Positions 18,154 to 28,337 of a stretch of 64,000 nt of DNA are shown one piece after another; the stretch's first letter is position 1; every line of letters starts with the position of its first letter. Origin of the DNA: an uncultured Solirubrobacterales bacterium (lineage in GTDB: Bacteria > Actinomycetota > Thermoleophilia > Solirubrobacterales > Solirubrobacteraceae); the NCBI GenBank assembly GCA_963813765.1, contig CAWFAB010000001.1:652792-716791 (forward strand), written 5' to 3'. Both the position numbers and the translations under genes were made by a program. A model generated the notes under the pieces. That model ran no database searches and was not told where the DNA came from. It saw nothing but the letters and a program-made list of their open reading frames with translations.

Positions 18154-18399
18154 ATGACCAAAGAACAGTGGATCGAGGCGTTTGCGCAGGAGATCGGGCT
18201 CGCCACGCCCAGCCAGGATCAGGTTGACGCGATCCTCGAGCTCGCGGCAACCGCCGCGCACGCGTCCGAGCGGGCCGCCGCGCCCGTGGCGGCCTGGCTG
18301 GCGGGAGCCGGCGGCGGGTCGTTGCGCGACCTGAACGAGTCTGCCAGGCGGGTCTCGGGCGCCGAGCAGGCAGACCTCGCGGGTCAGCCGCCGATGTAG
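18154..18399 (+). CDS. DUF6457-like small protein (MobA-associated domain in actinobacteria)
   Basis: WIEAFA...ILELAATAAHASERAAAPVAAWLAG; located beside Moco genes. Confidence 0.7.
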   Translation: MTKEQWIEAFAQEIGLATPSQDQVDAILELAATAAHASERAAAPVAAWLAGAGGGSLRDLNESARRVSGAEQADLAGQPPM

Positions 18400-19404
18400 G
18401 ACATCTCGACCTTCCGCGCCTGGCGGTGCTGGCGGGTGCGGATCTCGGAGTAGCGGTCGGCGCGCGTCGCCCCAGATCGGCGCGAGCCGCTGTCGCGATC
18501 TCGTCGTCGGTGGCGCCGCCGCGCAGCAGCGCGCGCAGGTCGTGGCCGCCGGTCGGCGAACAGGCAGGTGTAGAGCTTGCCGTCGGCGGAGAGGCGGGCG
18601 CGGGTGCAGTCGCCGCAGAAGGGCTGCGTGACCGAGGCGATCACGCCGATCTCGCCGCGCCGTCGCGGTAGCGCCAGCGCTCGGCGACCTCGCCTGGGTA
18701 GATTGGGCTGCAGCGGCTCGAGCGGCATCTCGGCGTCGATCGTGCGCACGATCTCGCGCGGCCGGGACGACGTCGTCCATGCGCCAGCCGTTGGTCGTGC
18801 CGACGTCCATGTACTCGATGAAGCGCAGGATGTGGCCGCGTGCCGCGGAAGTGGTCGCGCCATCGGCAGGAGGCAGTGGTCGTTCACGCCGCGCTTGACG
18901 ACCATGTTGATCTTGACCGGCGCGAGCCCGGCGTCCGCGGCGGCCTCGATGCCCGCGAGCACGCGCGCGACGGGGAAGTCGACGTCGTTCATCGCGCCGA
19001 AGGTCGCGTCGTCGAGCGCGTCGAGGCTGACGGTGACGCGGGTCAGGCCGGCGGCCTTCAGCGCCCGTGCCTTGGCGGCGAGCAGCGAGCCGTTGGTGGT
19101 CAGCGCGATGTCGGCGATGCCGTGCGACGCCGGCGAGCATCGTCGACCAGCCGCTCGAGGTCGCGGCGCAGCAGCGGCTCGCCGCCGGTGAGGCGGATCT
19201 TCGTGACGCCCTGGTCGGCGAACAGGCGGGCGAGGCGGGCGATCTCCTCGAAGGTCAGCAGCTCGGCGCGCGGCAGGAACGGCGAAGTCGCGGCCGAAGA
19301 CCTCCTTCGGCATGCAGTAGCGTGCAGCGGAAGTTGCAGCGGTCGGTGACCGAGATGCGCAGGTCGCGCAACGGGCGCCCAGGTCTGTCGAGCGTGGCGA
19401 TCAT
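18384..19404 (-). CDS. moaA: GTP 3',8-cyclase, multiple frameshifts
   Basis: [58 protein letters not shown]-terminal MSYIGG. Confidence 0.93.
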
Positions 19405-20054
19405 GGCGCGGCCCTCACCCTACTCTCGCCCTCGCGCCGGTCGCCCCTCGCGCCGGGGAGCCATCGTTCGGCGACCCTGAGGTCGGAGGGGTCGTTGACG
19501 TTGAAGCAGAGCCTGCCCGGGTCGCCGAAGCGCCGCAACTCGCGCTCGCCGACGACGCGCGGCTGCAGGACGGCGATCGCCTCCCGCATCGACCGGCCGC
19601 CGAGCAGGGCGATCTCCAGCGCGCCGAGATGCGCGGGCTCGTAGCGGGCGAGCAGCGGCTGCAAACGGCCCTCGACCTCGGGCACGACCACTCCCTCCTG
19701 AGTAGCCAGCCAGGCGAGCAGTCCTCCGGTGAGGAACGGCATGTCACAGCCGACGACGAGGACCGGCCGCTCGCCGGCGAAGCGCAGCGCGGCGATGACC
19801 CCGCACAGCGGATGGCTCGGCCGAGCGGGCTCGCGCAGCACCGGACAGTGCAGCCGCGGCAGCGGTGAGCGCCTCTTGGCGACGACGACGGCGTCCACTC
19901 CGGCCGCGCTCAACGCCGCCAGCGGATAGGAGATCAGGTGCCGTCCGGCCAGCTGTGTGAGCGGCTTCGCCGCGCCCATCCGCCGGCCGCGCCCGCCCGC
20001 GAGGACGGCGCCGATCGCCGGGCGAGGCGCCGCGTCAGTCACCGGCTCACTCAT
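19401..20054 (-). CDS. mobA: Molybdenum cofactor guanylyltransferase
   Basis: [31 protein letters not shown]. Confidence 0.9.
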   Translation of the reverse strand: MSEPVTDAAPRPAIGAVLAGGRGRRMGAAKPLTQLAGRHLISYPLAALSAAGVDAVVVAKRRSPLPRLHCPVLREPARPSHPLCGVIAALRFAGERPVLVVGCDMPFLTGGLLAWLATQEGVVVPEVEGRLQPLLARYEPAHLGALEIALLGGRSMREAIAVLQPRVVGERELRRFGDPGRLCFNVNDPSDLRVAERWLPGARGDRREGESRVRAAP

Positions 20055-20100
20055 GCCATGGAGTTTGCCACGTAGACTGATCGCCGAGGTGGCGGTGCAG

Positions 20101-21364
20101 ATGATCGAGATCGAACAGGCCCGGCGCCTGGTCCTCGAGCGCGTCGTGGCGCTCGGAAGTGAAACGGTCAAGCTGCGGGCGTCGCTCGGGCGGGTGCTCG
20201 CCGAGGATGTGGCCGCCGGCGATGACGTGCCCGCCTTCGATAGCTCGGCGATGGACGGCTTCGCCGTCCGCACCGCGGACACCCGCGGCGCCCGAGGCGA
20301 TTCGCCGGTGACGCTGCGCGTCGTCGATGAGTCCCGCGCCGGCCATCCGGCGAGGACCGGCCTGGGAGCCGGGCAGGCGATCGCGATCTCGACGGGCGCC
20401 GTGATCCCCGCGGGCGCCGACGCGGTGGTCCGCGTCGAGCAGACCAGGCCCGCGGACGGGGCGGTCGAAATCTCGCTCGGAGGCGCCGGCCGGGCGCGAC
20501 ATCAGGCATGCGGGCGAGGATGTCCAGAGGGGCGCGACCGTGCTCGCGAGCGGCGCCCGGCTGGGAGCGGCCGAGCTGGGCGTGCTGGCCTCGCTCGGGC
20601 GCCCGAGCGTGGCCTGCGCTCGGCGCCCGCGGGTCTGGGTGCTGAGCACCGGCGATGAGCTGATCGAGCCCGGGGAGCCCCTGCGGGCGGGCGCGGTCCG
20701 CAACTGCAACGCCTACTCAATTCCCGCTCTGGTGCAGCAGGCCGGCGCCGAGGCGATCGGGGTGGCCACGGTCCCCGACGATCCCGCAAGCACCAGGGAG
20801 GCGATAGCGCGCGCGCTCGAGGCGGATGTCGTGGTGGTCTGCGGCGGCGTCTCAGTCGGTGTGCACGACCACGTCCGGGAGGCGCTGAGCGCCCTGGGCG
20901 TCGAGGAGGTCTTCTGGCGGATCGCGCTCAAGCCGGGCAAGCCGGCCTGGTTCGGCCGGCATCGCCCTCGCGGTCAAGCGGATGGCGGGCGGGGCGAGAG
21001 CAGGCAGAGGGACACCCTGGTCTTCGGCCTGCCCGGCAACCCGGTGTCGGCGATGGTCACGTTCACCCTGCTCGTCCGCCCCGCGCTCCTGGCGCTGAGC
21101 GGCGAGTGGCCGGCCTCCCGGCGGACGCGAGCGAAGCTCGATCGCGACTACGAGAAGTCTCCCGGCCGCACGCACGCGGTTCGCTGCCGTCTGGAGCTGC
21201 GCGAGGACGGCTGGCACGCGCAGCCCTTCGAGCGGCAGGGCTCGCACATCTGCACCTCGATGCTGGGGGCCGACGCGCTCGCGATCATTCCCACCGCGAG
21301 CGGGAGCGTGCGCGCGGGCGAGCACGTCGAGATCGAGCTGCTCGTAGGTAGCATGGAGCGGTGA
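20101..21364 (+). CDS. moeA: Molybdopterin molybdotransferase (frameshift near 20480)
   Basis: GRVLAEDV, SAMDGFAV, STGDEL, GGVSVG, KPGKP, GLPGNPVS. Confidence 0.93.
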
Positions 21365-22110
21365 CCGTGCGCGTGCGCCTGTTCGCCATCCTGCGGGAAC
21401 GCGCCGGGAGCGGGTCGATCGAGCTCGACCTGCCGGAGGGAGCCACCGTCGCGGATGCCCTCACCGAGCTCTCCAGGCTGCCCGCCCTGTCGGGAGTGCT
21501 CGATCGCCTGCCGGTCAGGATGGCCGTAAACCGCGACTACGCGACGATGCAGACGCGCCTTGCCGCGGAGGACGAGCTGGCCCTGATCCCCCCGGTCAGC
21601 GGCGGCGCCGTCGGGGAGATCCCCGGTGGGCACGTCCCCGACGGTCGTGTCTGTGACATCCATGTCCGCGTCACCGGGAAGCCGCTCTCACTCGAGGTCC
21701 TGACCCGCGCCGTGACTCGCCCCGAGGCCGGTGCGATCGTCACCTTCCAGGGCATGCCCCGCGACGTCATCCGGCTCGACTACGAGGCCTACCGCGAGAT
21801 GGCGCAGGAGCGCATCACGGCCATCCTCGGCGACTGCATGGAGCGTCACGACCTGCTGGCCGTCGCCGCCGAGCACCGGGTCGGGGAGGTCGAGCTCTCA
21901 GAGCCCAGCGTGATCGTCGCGGTGTCGGCGGCCCACCGGGCCGAAGCCTTCGCCGCCGCCAGAGAGGCGATCGACCGGATCAAGGCCGAGGCTCCGATCT
22001 GGAAGCGGGAGATCGAGCGGGACGGAACGGTGCGCCGGGTGCAGGGAGCGCCGCCGCGGGCCGGCGCCGTTGAGCCGGCCACGGGAGATGAAGCTGTGAG
22101 GGAGCCGTGA
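21361..22110 (+). CDS. moaX: MoaD-MoaE fusion (MoaX-like molybdopterin synthase)
   Basis: N-terminal VRLFA...LIPPVSGG ubiquitin-like domain, then GAIVTFQG, YEAY, HRVG, KAEAPIWK. Confidence 0.88.
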   Translation: MTVRVRLFAILRERAGSGSIELDLPEGATVADALTELSRLPALSGVLDRLPVRMAVNRDYATMQTRLAAEDELALIPPVSGGAVGEIPGGHVPDGRVCDIHVRVTGKPLSLEVLTRAVTRPEAGAIVTFQGMPRDVIRLDYEAYREMAQERITAILGDCMERHDLLAVAAEHRVGEVELSEPSVIVAVSAAHRAEAFAAAREAIDRIKAEAPIWKREIERDGTVRRVQGAPPRAGAVEPATGDEAVREP

Positions 22111-22601
22111 GCGAGGGCCGCTTGACGCACCTGGACGAGCACGGCAGGGCGCGGATGGTCGATGTGGGCGCCAAGCAGCCCACCGAGCGCATCGCGCGGG
22201 CCGCGGCGCGGCTGCGCATGTCGCCGGCCACAGCTCGCGCCATCGAGCTCGGCGACACGCCCAAGGGCGACGTGCTCACGGTGGCCCGGATCGCCGGCAT
22301 CCAGGCGGCCAAGCGGACCGGAGAGCTGATCCCGCTCGCCCACCCGCTGGCGCCGACCTTCATCGACGTGGCCGCGACCGTCGACGCCGAGCAGGGCCTC
22401 GTCGAGCTGGTCTCCGAGGTCCGCACCGTGGGCCGCACAGGCGTGGAGATGGAGGCGATGACCGCGTGCGCGGTCGCGGCGCTGGCCGTCTACGACATGG
22501 TCAAGGGGCTTGAGCGGGGCGTCAGAGTGGAGGAGATCGTGCTGCTGGAGAAGAGCGGCGGGCGCAGCGACTGGCGCCGCGAAGAGGACGAGGCGCGGTG
22601 A
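22107..22601 (+). CDS. moaC: Cyclic pyranopterin monophosphate synthase
   Basis: LTHLD..G.ARMVDV, KGDVL, LIPLAHP, TGVEMEAM, YDMVK, KSGG. Confidence 0.95.
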   Translation: MSEGRLTHLDEHGRARMVDVGAKQPTERIARAAARLRMSPATARAIELGDTPKGDVLTVARIAGIQAAKRTGELIPLAHPLAPTFIDVAATVDAEQGLVELVSEVRTVGRTGVEMEAMTACAVAALAVYDMVKGLERGVRVEEIVLLEKSGGRSDWRREEDEAR

Positions 22602-22670
22602 CCGGCGGCGCGAAGAGGACGAAGCGCGGCGAGCAGCGGCGCGAAGAGAAGCTCGCAGGCTGAGCCGGCG

Positions 22671-23150
22671 ATGCGGGCGGCGATCATCACGATCAGCACC
22701 TCGAAGTCCGCCGGCGAAGGGGAGGACGCCAGTGGGAGCAGGCTGGCAGAGCTGGCCGTGCGAATCGGCGCCGAGATCGTCGGTCGAGACCTCGTTCCCG
22801 ACGATCGCGAACTGATCGAGGAGCGGTTCCGGCACTGGGCGGATGTCGAGCGCTGCGAGCTGGTGCTGAGCACCGGCGGCACGGGTCTTGCCCCCACCGA
22901 CGTCACCCCGGAGGCGACGCGGGCGGTGATCGACCGCGAGGCGCCCGGGATTCCAGAGGCGATGCGCAGCGCCTCCCGCGAGCACACACCCCACTGGATG
23001 CTCTCGCGCGCTGTGGCCGGCATTCGCGGGTCGAGTCTAATCGTCAACTTCCCGGGCAGCCCCGAGAGCATCGCGCAGGCAGGCGCAGGGATCGAGGAGG
23101 CTCTGTCCCACGCAGTCGAGTTGATCGCCGGGCGGCGATCAACTCATTAG
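22671..23150 (+). CDS. mog: MogA/MoaB molybdopterin adenylyltransferase
   Basis: VPDD, STGGTG..PTDVTPEAT, LSRAVAG, NFPGSP. Confidence 0.88.
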   Translation: MRAAIITISTSKSAGEGEDASGSRLAELAVRIGAEIVGRDLVPDDRELIEERFRHWADVERCELVLSTGGTGLAPTDVTPEATRAVIDREAPGIPEAMRSASREHTPHWMLSRAVAGIRGSSLIVNFPGSPESIAQAGAGIEEALSHAVELIAGRRSTH

Positions 23151-23173
23151 CCGAAGTCTCTCGCCCCACGGGC

Positions 23174-24898
23174 TCAGGGCGACGCCCCTGAGCGTCCCGT
23201 GCTCGCCGCCTCGTGGGCCAGCTCGCCGTCCACGTAGGTCCGCAGGACGCGCAGCGAGTCGAGCGTCACGGGATCGGCCGCGAGGGGATCGCGGGAGAGG
23301 ACGACCATGTCGGCGCGCTTGCCGGGCTGGAGCGTCCCCACCTCGCCGTCCACGCCGAGCGCGCGGGCGGCGCCCACGGTGTATGCACGCAGCGCGGCCT
23401 CGACGCCGATCGCCTCGTCGGGCTCGAAGGTCCGTCCGGAGCGCGTGAGCCGGGTGCTCGCCGCCCGCAGCGCCGCGGGCACGTCGTAGGAGGAGACGGG
23501 ATAGTCGGAGCTGCCCGCCAGCTCGACGCCAGCACTGGAGAGGGTCCGCAGACCCACCGCCCGCAGGCCGCCGGGGAGCGGCGCGGGGGAGAGCTCGTCG
23601 CCGAAGTCGAAGACGAAGTGGGGGTTGACCACGGCGGTCGCCCCGACCGCGGCGATGCGGCGCGCGAGCGGGCGGTCGAGCAGCATCGCGTGCTCCAGCC
23701 GGGGGCGGCCCGGCAGGCCGGCGAGCGGGGCGCCGGCGCGCTCCAGCGCGGCGACGGCCACCTCGATCGCCTCGTTGCCGATCGCGTGCTGGGCGACCTG
23801 CAGGCCGCTCGCGGCCGCCGCGGCGATCGTGGCGGCGAGGCGGTCGGGCTCCCAGAAGAGCACGCCGCGGTGGACGTGCCCGCGGCGGTCGACGCGCAGG
23901 CCCTCGCCGAAGGTCGCGGCGGCGCGCAGCGCGGCGAGGCCCTCGCCCCCGAGCGTGGAGCGCACGGCGCGCGCGAGCGAGCCGAGGAGCTGAAGCGGCG
24001 ACGCGCAGATCCCGCAGCGGTCGGCGCCGTCGAGGAAGAGCTTCGCCGCCCCGACCGGCGCCCGGCGCGGGCCGGCGCCGGTGGCCGGGCCTTCGACGCG
24101 CTCCTGGATCATCGAGCGGCCCCCGACCGGCATCCGGTGCACCTTGACGGGGAGCATCCCCGCCTCCGCGGCGCGCTCGTAGAGAGCGTCGATCGCGGGC
24201 GGGACGGCGGCGTCGCCGACGCGGACGATCCCCGCGCGCAGCAGCTCGCGCCCGTGCGCCTCGCACTCCTGCAGCCAGGCGTCGCCGGCGCCCTCCAGGA
24301 GCGCGCCCCGCGAGCTCGCCTCGGCGCGGAAGAACGCCGCCTCGATCACCTCACCGGTCAGCCGGCCGCGGCGGCGGCCGAGCGTGCCGCCGGGCGGGTC
24401 GGGGGTCGCGGCCTCCCAGCCCATCCGCTCCAGGCCCGCCGAGTTCAGAACGCCCTCGTGGAAGGAGTAGGCGATCAGGAGCAGTGGCCGGTCGGGGCAG
24501 AGCTCGTCCAGCTCCTCCCGCCGCGGCGCGCGCCCCTCGGCGAGCTTGCGCGGGTCGTAACCCTGCGCCCTCACCCACGGCGCGCGGGAGCCGCGGACGG
24601 CCGGCTCCAGACGGGCGAGCAGCGCCGCGATCGGCTCGCCGGGCGCCGTGTGAAGGTCGGGGGCGCGGCGGTCGAACGCCGCCATGCAGTAGTGGTGGTG
24701 GGCGTCGATGAACGCGGGCAGCAGCGCGGCGCCGCCGAGCTCGACGCGCTTCGCTCCGTCGCCGAGCGCGGCGGCGACCTCCGCCTCCGTCCCGCACGCG
24801 ACGATCTCCTCGCCGACGACGCCGAGCGCGTCCGCTCGCGGCCGGGTGGGGTCCATCGTGAGGATCGCGCCTCCGGTGAGGAGAAGGGCCTGCGCCAT
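23174..24898 (-). CDS. Amidohydrolase 3 family (YtcJ-like)
   Basis: PAFIDAHHH, KLFLDG, HAIGNEA, RLEHA, SSDYPV, GKRADMVVL. Confidence 0.88.
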   Translation of the reverse strand: MAQALLLTGGAILTMDPTRPRADALGVVGEEIVACGTEAEVAAALGDGAKRVELGGAALLPAFIDAHHHYCMAAFDRRAPDLHTAPGEPIAALLARLEPAVRGSRAPWVRAQGYDPRKLAEGRAPRREELDELCPDRPLLLIAYSFHEGVLNSAGLERMGWEAATPDPPGGTLGRRRGRLTGEVIEAAFFRAEASSRGALLEGAGDAWLQECEAHGRELLRAGIVRVGDAAVPPAIDALYERAAEAGMLPVKVHRMPVGGRSMIQERVEGPATGAGPRRAPVGAAKLFLDGADRCGICASPLQLLGSLARAVRSTLGGEGLAALRAAATFGEGLRVDRRGHVHRGVLFWEPDRLAATIAAAAASGLQVAQHAIGNEAIEVAVAALERAGAPLAGLPGRPRLEHAMLLDRPLARRIAAVGATAVVNPHFVFDFGDELSPAPLPGGLRAVGLRTLSSAGVELAGSSDYPVSSYDVPAALRAASTRLTRSGRTFEPDEAIGVEAALRAYTVGAARALGVDGEVGTLQPGKRADMVVLSRDPLAADPVTLDSLRVLRTYVDGELAHEAASTGRSGASP

Positions 24899-24956
24899 CG
24901 CCGGCACACGGTAGCGGCCGAGCGGGCGCCCGGGATCTGTGAGACGATGCATGGCG

Positions 24957-26789
24957 ATGTCGAGAACAGTCGACAAGGATCGGGTGGTCATCCGCATCGC
25001 GGGCGACTCGGGCGACGGCATGCAGCTCGCCGGCGGGCGCTTCACCGAGGCGACGGCGGTCTTCGGGAACGACCTCGCCACGGCGCCCAACTACCCCGCC
25101 GAGGTTCGCGCGCCCACAGGGACGGTGCGCGGCGTGTCCGCCTTCCAGATCCACTTCGCCTCGCGTGACATCCTCACCCCGGGCGACAGGCCGAGCGTGC
25201 TCGTGGCGATGAATCCGGCCGCGCTGAAGTCGAACGTCGACGCGCTGGAGGCCGGCGCGACGGTCTTGGTCAACGACGACGCCTTCACCAAGCGCAATCT
25301 CACGAAGGCGGGCTACGACGCAAACCCGCTCGAGGACGGCAGTCTCGCCGAGTTCCGCGTCCATCGCCTGCCGATGACGAGCATGACCGTGAGGGCCGCC
25401 GAGGGCATCGAGGGCGTGTCCAGCCGCGACGCGGCACGCGCGAAGAACCTGTTCGCACTCGGCGTCCTCTCCTGGATGTACGGGCGTCCGGTGGAGGTGA
25501 CGGAGGAGTGGATCAAGCAGAAGTTCGCCAAGCGCGGCGCCATCCTGAAGGCCAATCTGGCGGCGTTCCATGCGGGCTACAACTTCGGGGAGACGACCGA
25601 GCTGCTCGACGTCCAGTACCGCGTCAAGCCCGCTGCGCTGCGCTCCGGCACGTACCGCAACGTCGACGGCACCACCGCGACCGCGCTCGGGCTGATCGCG
25701 GCGAGCGCGACCAGCGGGCTTCCGCTGTTCTTCGCCAGCTACCCGATCACGCCCGCCTCGGAGTTGCTGCACGAGCTCGCGCGCCTGCAGCGTGCCGGTG
25801 TGGACGTGATTCAGGCCGAGGACGAGATCGCCGCCGCGAACATGGCGCTCGGCGCCGCCTTCGGGGGCCGGCTCGGGGTGACCGCGACGAGCGGGCCCGG
25901 GATGGACCTCAAAGCCGAGACCATCGGCCTCGCGGTCGCGCTGGAGCTGCCGATGGTGATCGTCGATGTCCAGCGGGCCGGCCCGTCGACCGGGATGCCG
26001 ACGAAGCCCGAGTCCTCCGACCTGCTGATGGCGCTCTACGGCCGCCATGGCGAGTCGCCGCTGCCGGTGATCGCCGCGGCGACGCCGGCGCACTGCTTCG
26101 ATGCGGCGCTCGAGGCGGCCCGGCTCGCGGTGGACTACCGCACCCCCGTGATCCTCCTCACCGACGCGTTCCTCGCCAACTCCTCGGAGCCGTGGCTGAT
26201 TCCCGGCGCCGGGGAGCTGCCGCGAATCGACCCGCGCTTCGCCGAGGGGCCGAACCTGAACGGCGACTTCCTCCCCTACCTGCGCGACGAGCGCCTCGCC
26301 CGCCCGTGGGCGGTCCCCGGCACGATCGGGCTCGCCCACCGGATCGGCGGACTGGAGAAGGAGGATGGCACGGGCGACATCAGCTACGCGCCCGAGAACC
26401 ATGCCCGCATGACCAGCCTGAGGGCGGAGAAGGTCAGGGGCATCGCGCGCGACATCGCGCCGCTGGAGGTCGACGGCGAGGATGGCGCCGAGCTGCTCGT
26501 GCTCGGCTGGGGCTCGAGCTACGGACCGATCGGGGCGGGCGTGCGCCGCGTTCGCGAGCGGGGCGGCAGGGTCGCCTCCGCCCACCTGGTCCATCTCAAC
26601 CCGCTGCCCGCCAACACCGGTGAGGTGCTGCGCTCCTACCCCCGCGTGCTGGTGGCGGAGACGAACATGGGCCAGCTGGCGCAGGTCGTGCGCGCCGAGT
26701 TTCTGATCGACACCGAGAGCTTCACGAAGGTCGAGGGCGAGCCGCTGCTCGCCGCCGAGCTCGAGCGCGAGATCCTGGAGCGGCTGTAA
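24957..26789 (+). CDS. korA: 2-oxoacid:ferredoxin oxidoreductase alpha subunit
   Basis: IAGDSGDGMQL, YPITPAS, QAEDEIAA, TSGPG, QRAGPSTGMPTK. Confidence 0.95.
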   Translation: MSRTVDKDRVVIRIAGDSGDGMQLAGGRFTEATAVFGNDLATAPNYPAEVRAPTGTVRGVSAFQIHFASRDILTPGDRPSVLVAMNPAALKSNVDALEAGATVLVNDDAFTKRNLTKAGYDANPLEDGSLAEFRVHRLPMTSMTVRAAEGIEGVSSRDAARAKNLFALGVLSWMYGRPVEVTEEWIKQKFAKRGAILKANLAAFHAGYNFGETTELLDVQYRVKPAALRSGTYRNVDGTTATALGLIAASATSGLPLFFASYPITPASELLHELARLQRAGVDVIQAEDEIAAANMALGAAFGGRLGVTATSGPGMDLKAETIGLAVALELPMVIVDVQRAGPSTGMPTKPESSDLLMALYGRHGESPLPVIAAATPAHCFDAALEAARLAVDYRTPVILLTDAFLANSSEPWLIPGAGELPRIDPRFAEGPNLNGDFLPYLRDERLARPWAVPGTIGLAHRIGGLEKEDGTGDISYAPENHARMTSLRAEKVRGIARDIAPLEVDGEDGAELLVLGWGSSYGPIGAGVRRVRERGGRVASAHLVHLNPLPANTGEVLRSYPRVLVAETNMGQLAQVVRAEFLIDTESFTKVEGEPLLAAELEREILERL

Positions 26790-26791
26790 CG

Positions 26792-27874
26792 ATGACGCTC
26801 GACACCCACGACCACGGCACGCACGATCACGGCACGCACGATCACGCATCCGGGAACGGCTCCGGCGTGGAGGAGCTCACCAAGCAGGATTTCGCCAGCG
26901 ATCAGGAAACACGCTGGTGTCCCGGCTGCGGCGACTACGCGGTGCTCGCCGCGGTCCAGGAGTTCCTGCCCGAGCTGGGGGTGGTGCCCGAGCGGATCGT
27001 GTTCGTGACCGGCATCGGCTGCGCGGGTCGCTTCACCTACTACATGAACACGTATGGGGTGCACGGCATCCACGGACGCGCGCCGGCGCTCGCGACGGGC
27101 CTGGCGCTGTCGCGGCCCGACCTGTCGGTCTGGGCTCTGGGCGGGGACGGCGACATGCTCTCGATCGGGGGCAACCATCTCATCCATGCGCTGCGCCGCA
27201 ACATGCCGATCAAGATCCTGGTGCTGAACAACCAGGTCTACGGCCTCACCAAGGGGCAGACCTCGCCGACGAGCGAGCTGGGGAAGGTCACCAAGTCCAC
27301 GCCGTTCGGCTCCGAAGATCAGCCGTTCAACCCGCTCGCCCTGGCGCTCGGGGCCGGTGCGAGCTTCGTCGCGCGCACGGTCGACCGCGACCGCCGGCAT
27401 GTGATCGAGGTGCTGCGCGCCGCGGCCGAGCACCCGGGCGCGGCGTTTGTCGAGGTCTACCACAACTGCCCGATCTTCAACGACGAAGCGTACGCGGCCC
27501 TCACCGACAAGGAGACCAAGGACGCCTACCAGATCCGGCTCGAGCACGGCCGGTCGATTCGCTTCGGGGCCGAGGGCGAGCGCGGCGTCGCGCGACGGCC
27601 GGACGGGAGCGTCGCGATCGTCGAGGTCGCGGACGTCGGCGAGGACGCCCTGCTCGTGCACGACGCCCACTGCGCCGATCCCAGCCGGGCATTCGCGCTC
27701 GCGCATCTCTCGAAGAGCACGAGCGAACCGACGCCGATCGGCGTCTTCCGCGCCGTGGAGCGGCCGGTGCACGGTGAGAAGAGCCGGCAGGAGGCCGAGG
27801 CGGCGCAGGAGACCATCGGCCGCGACGAGCTCGAGGTGCTGCTGCACGCCGGAGCCACCTGGACCGTCAACTAG
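26792..27874 (+). CDS. korB: 2-oxoacid:ferredoxin oxidoreductase beta subunit
   Basis: WCPGCGD, GIGC, HGRA, GDGD...NNQVYGLTKGQ TPP motif; N-terminal THDHG x3 repeat (26804-26848). Confidence 0.95.
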   Translation: MTLDTHDHGTHDHGTHDHASGNGSGVEELTKQDFASDQETRWCPGCGDYAVLAAVQEFLPELGVVPERIVFVTGIGCAGRFTYYMNTYGVHGIHGRAPALATGLALSRPDLSVWALGGDGDMLSIGGNHLIHALRRNMPIKILVLNNQVYGLTKGQTSPTSELGKVTKSTPFGSEDQPFNPLALALGAGASFVARTVDRDRRHVIEVLRAAAEHPGAAFVEVYHNCPIFNDEAYAALTDKETKDAYQIRLEHGRSIRFGAEGERGVARRPDGSVAIVEVADVGEDALLVHDAHCADPSRAFALAHLSKSTSEPTPIGVFRAVERPVHGEKSRQEAEAAQETIGRDELEVLLHAGATWTVN

Positions 27875-27913
27875 TGCTCCCGGCGCCTCTCATCTGACGA
27901 AGGGGCGCAGACG

Positions 27914-28267
27914 GTGAAGCTCGTGATCGGCATCGTCCGGGCGGAGAAGGCCAACGAGGTGCTCGAGGCTCTCTACCGCGCGGATGTGAGGGGGCTCTCG
28001 ATGAGCCGCGTCCAGGGCCACGGGGGTGAGCTCGACAGGGTCGAGACCTATCGCGGCACGACGGTGAAGATGGAGCTCACCGAGAAGGTCCGCTTTGAGA
28101 TCGCCGTCTCAGAGGAGTACGTCAAGCCGACGATCGACGCGCTTTGCGAGGGCGCGCGGACCGGCGAAGTCGGCGACGGCAAGATCTTCGTCGTCGGGCT
28201 CGAGCAGGTCATCCGCATCCGCACGGGCGAGAGCGACAGCGCAGCCGTGACGCCGGTGGGCGAGTGA
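27914..28267 (+). CDS. glnK: P-II nitrogen regulatory protein
   Basis: ETYRG T-loop, TGEVGDGKIF, RIRTGE; upstream of amtB. Confidence 0.93.
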   Translation: MKLVIGIVRAEKANEVLEALYRADVRGLSMSRVQGHGGELDRVETYRGTTVKMELTEKVRFEIAVSEEYVKPTIDALCEGARTGEVGDGKIFVVGLEQVIRIRTGESDSAAVTPVGE

Positions 28268-28337
28268 TGAACGGACTCGCGGCTCGCCCCCCAGCTCGGC
28301 CGGGCGGGTGGTGTCGGGTGAGGCCGGAGGGCGGGCG

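Noticed and set aside
17176..19140. 654-aa ORF as a MoaA-LuxR fusion
   Set aside because: Chance open frame through frameshifted moaA and intergenic DNA; LuxR has its own start at 17955
11980..19400. Dense frameshifts in beta, alpha1, cupredoxin and moaA as real pseudogenisation or programmed frameshifting
   Set aside because: Scattered single-base indels with intact catalytic motifs, including the housekeeping gene moaA, fit low-coverage long-read errors better; cannot be fully excluded without reads
21361..22110. MoaD-MoaE fusion as novel
   Set aside because: Known MoaX architecture
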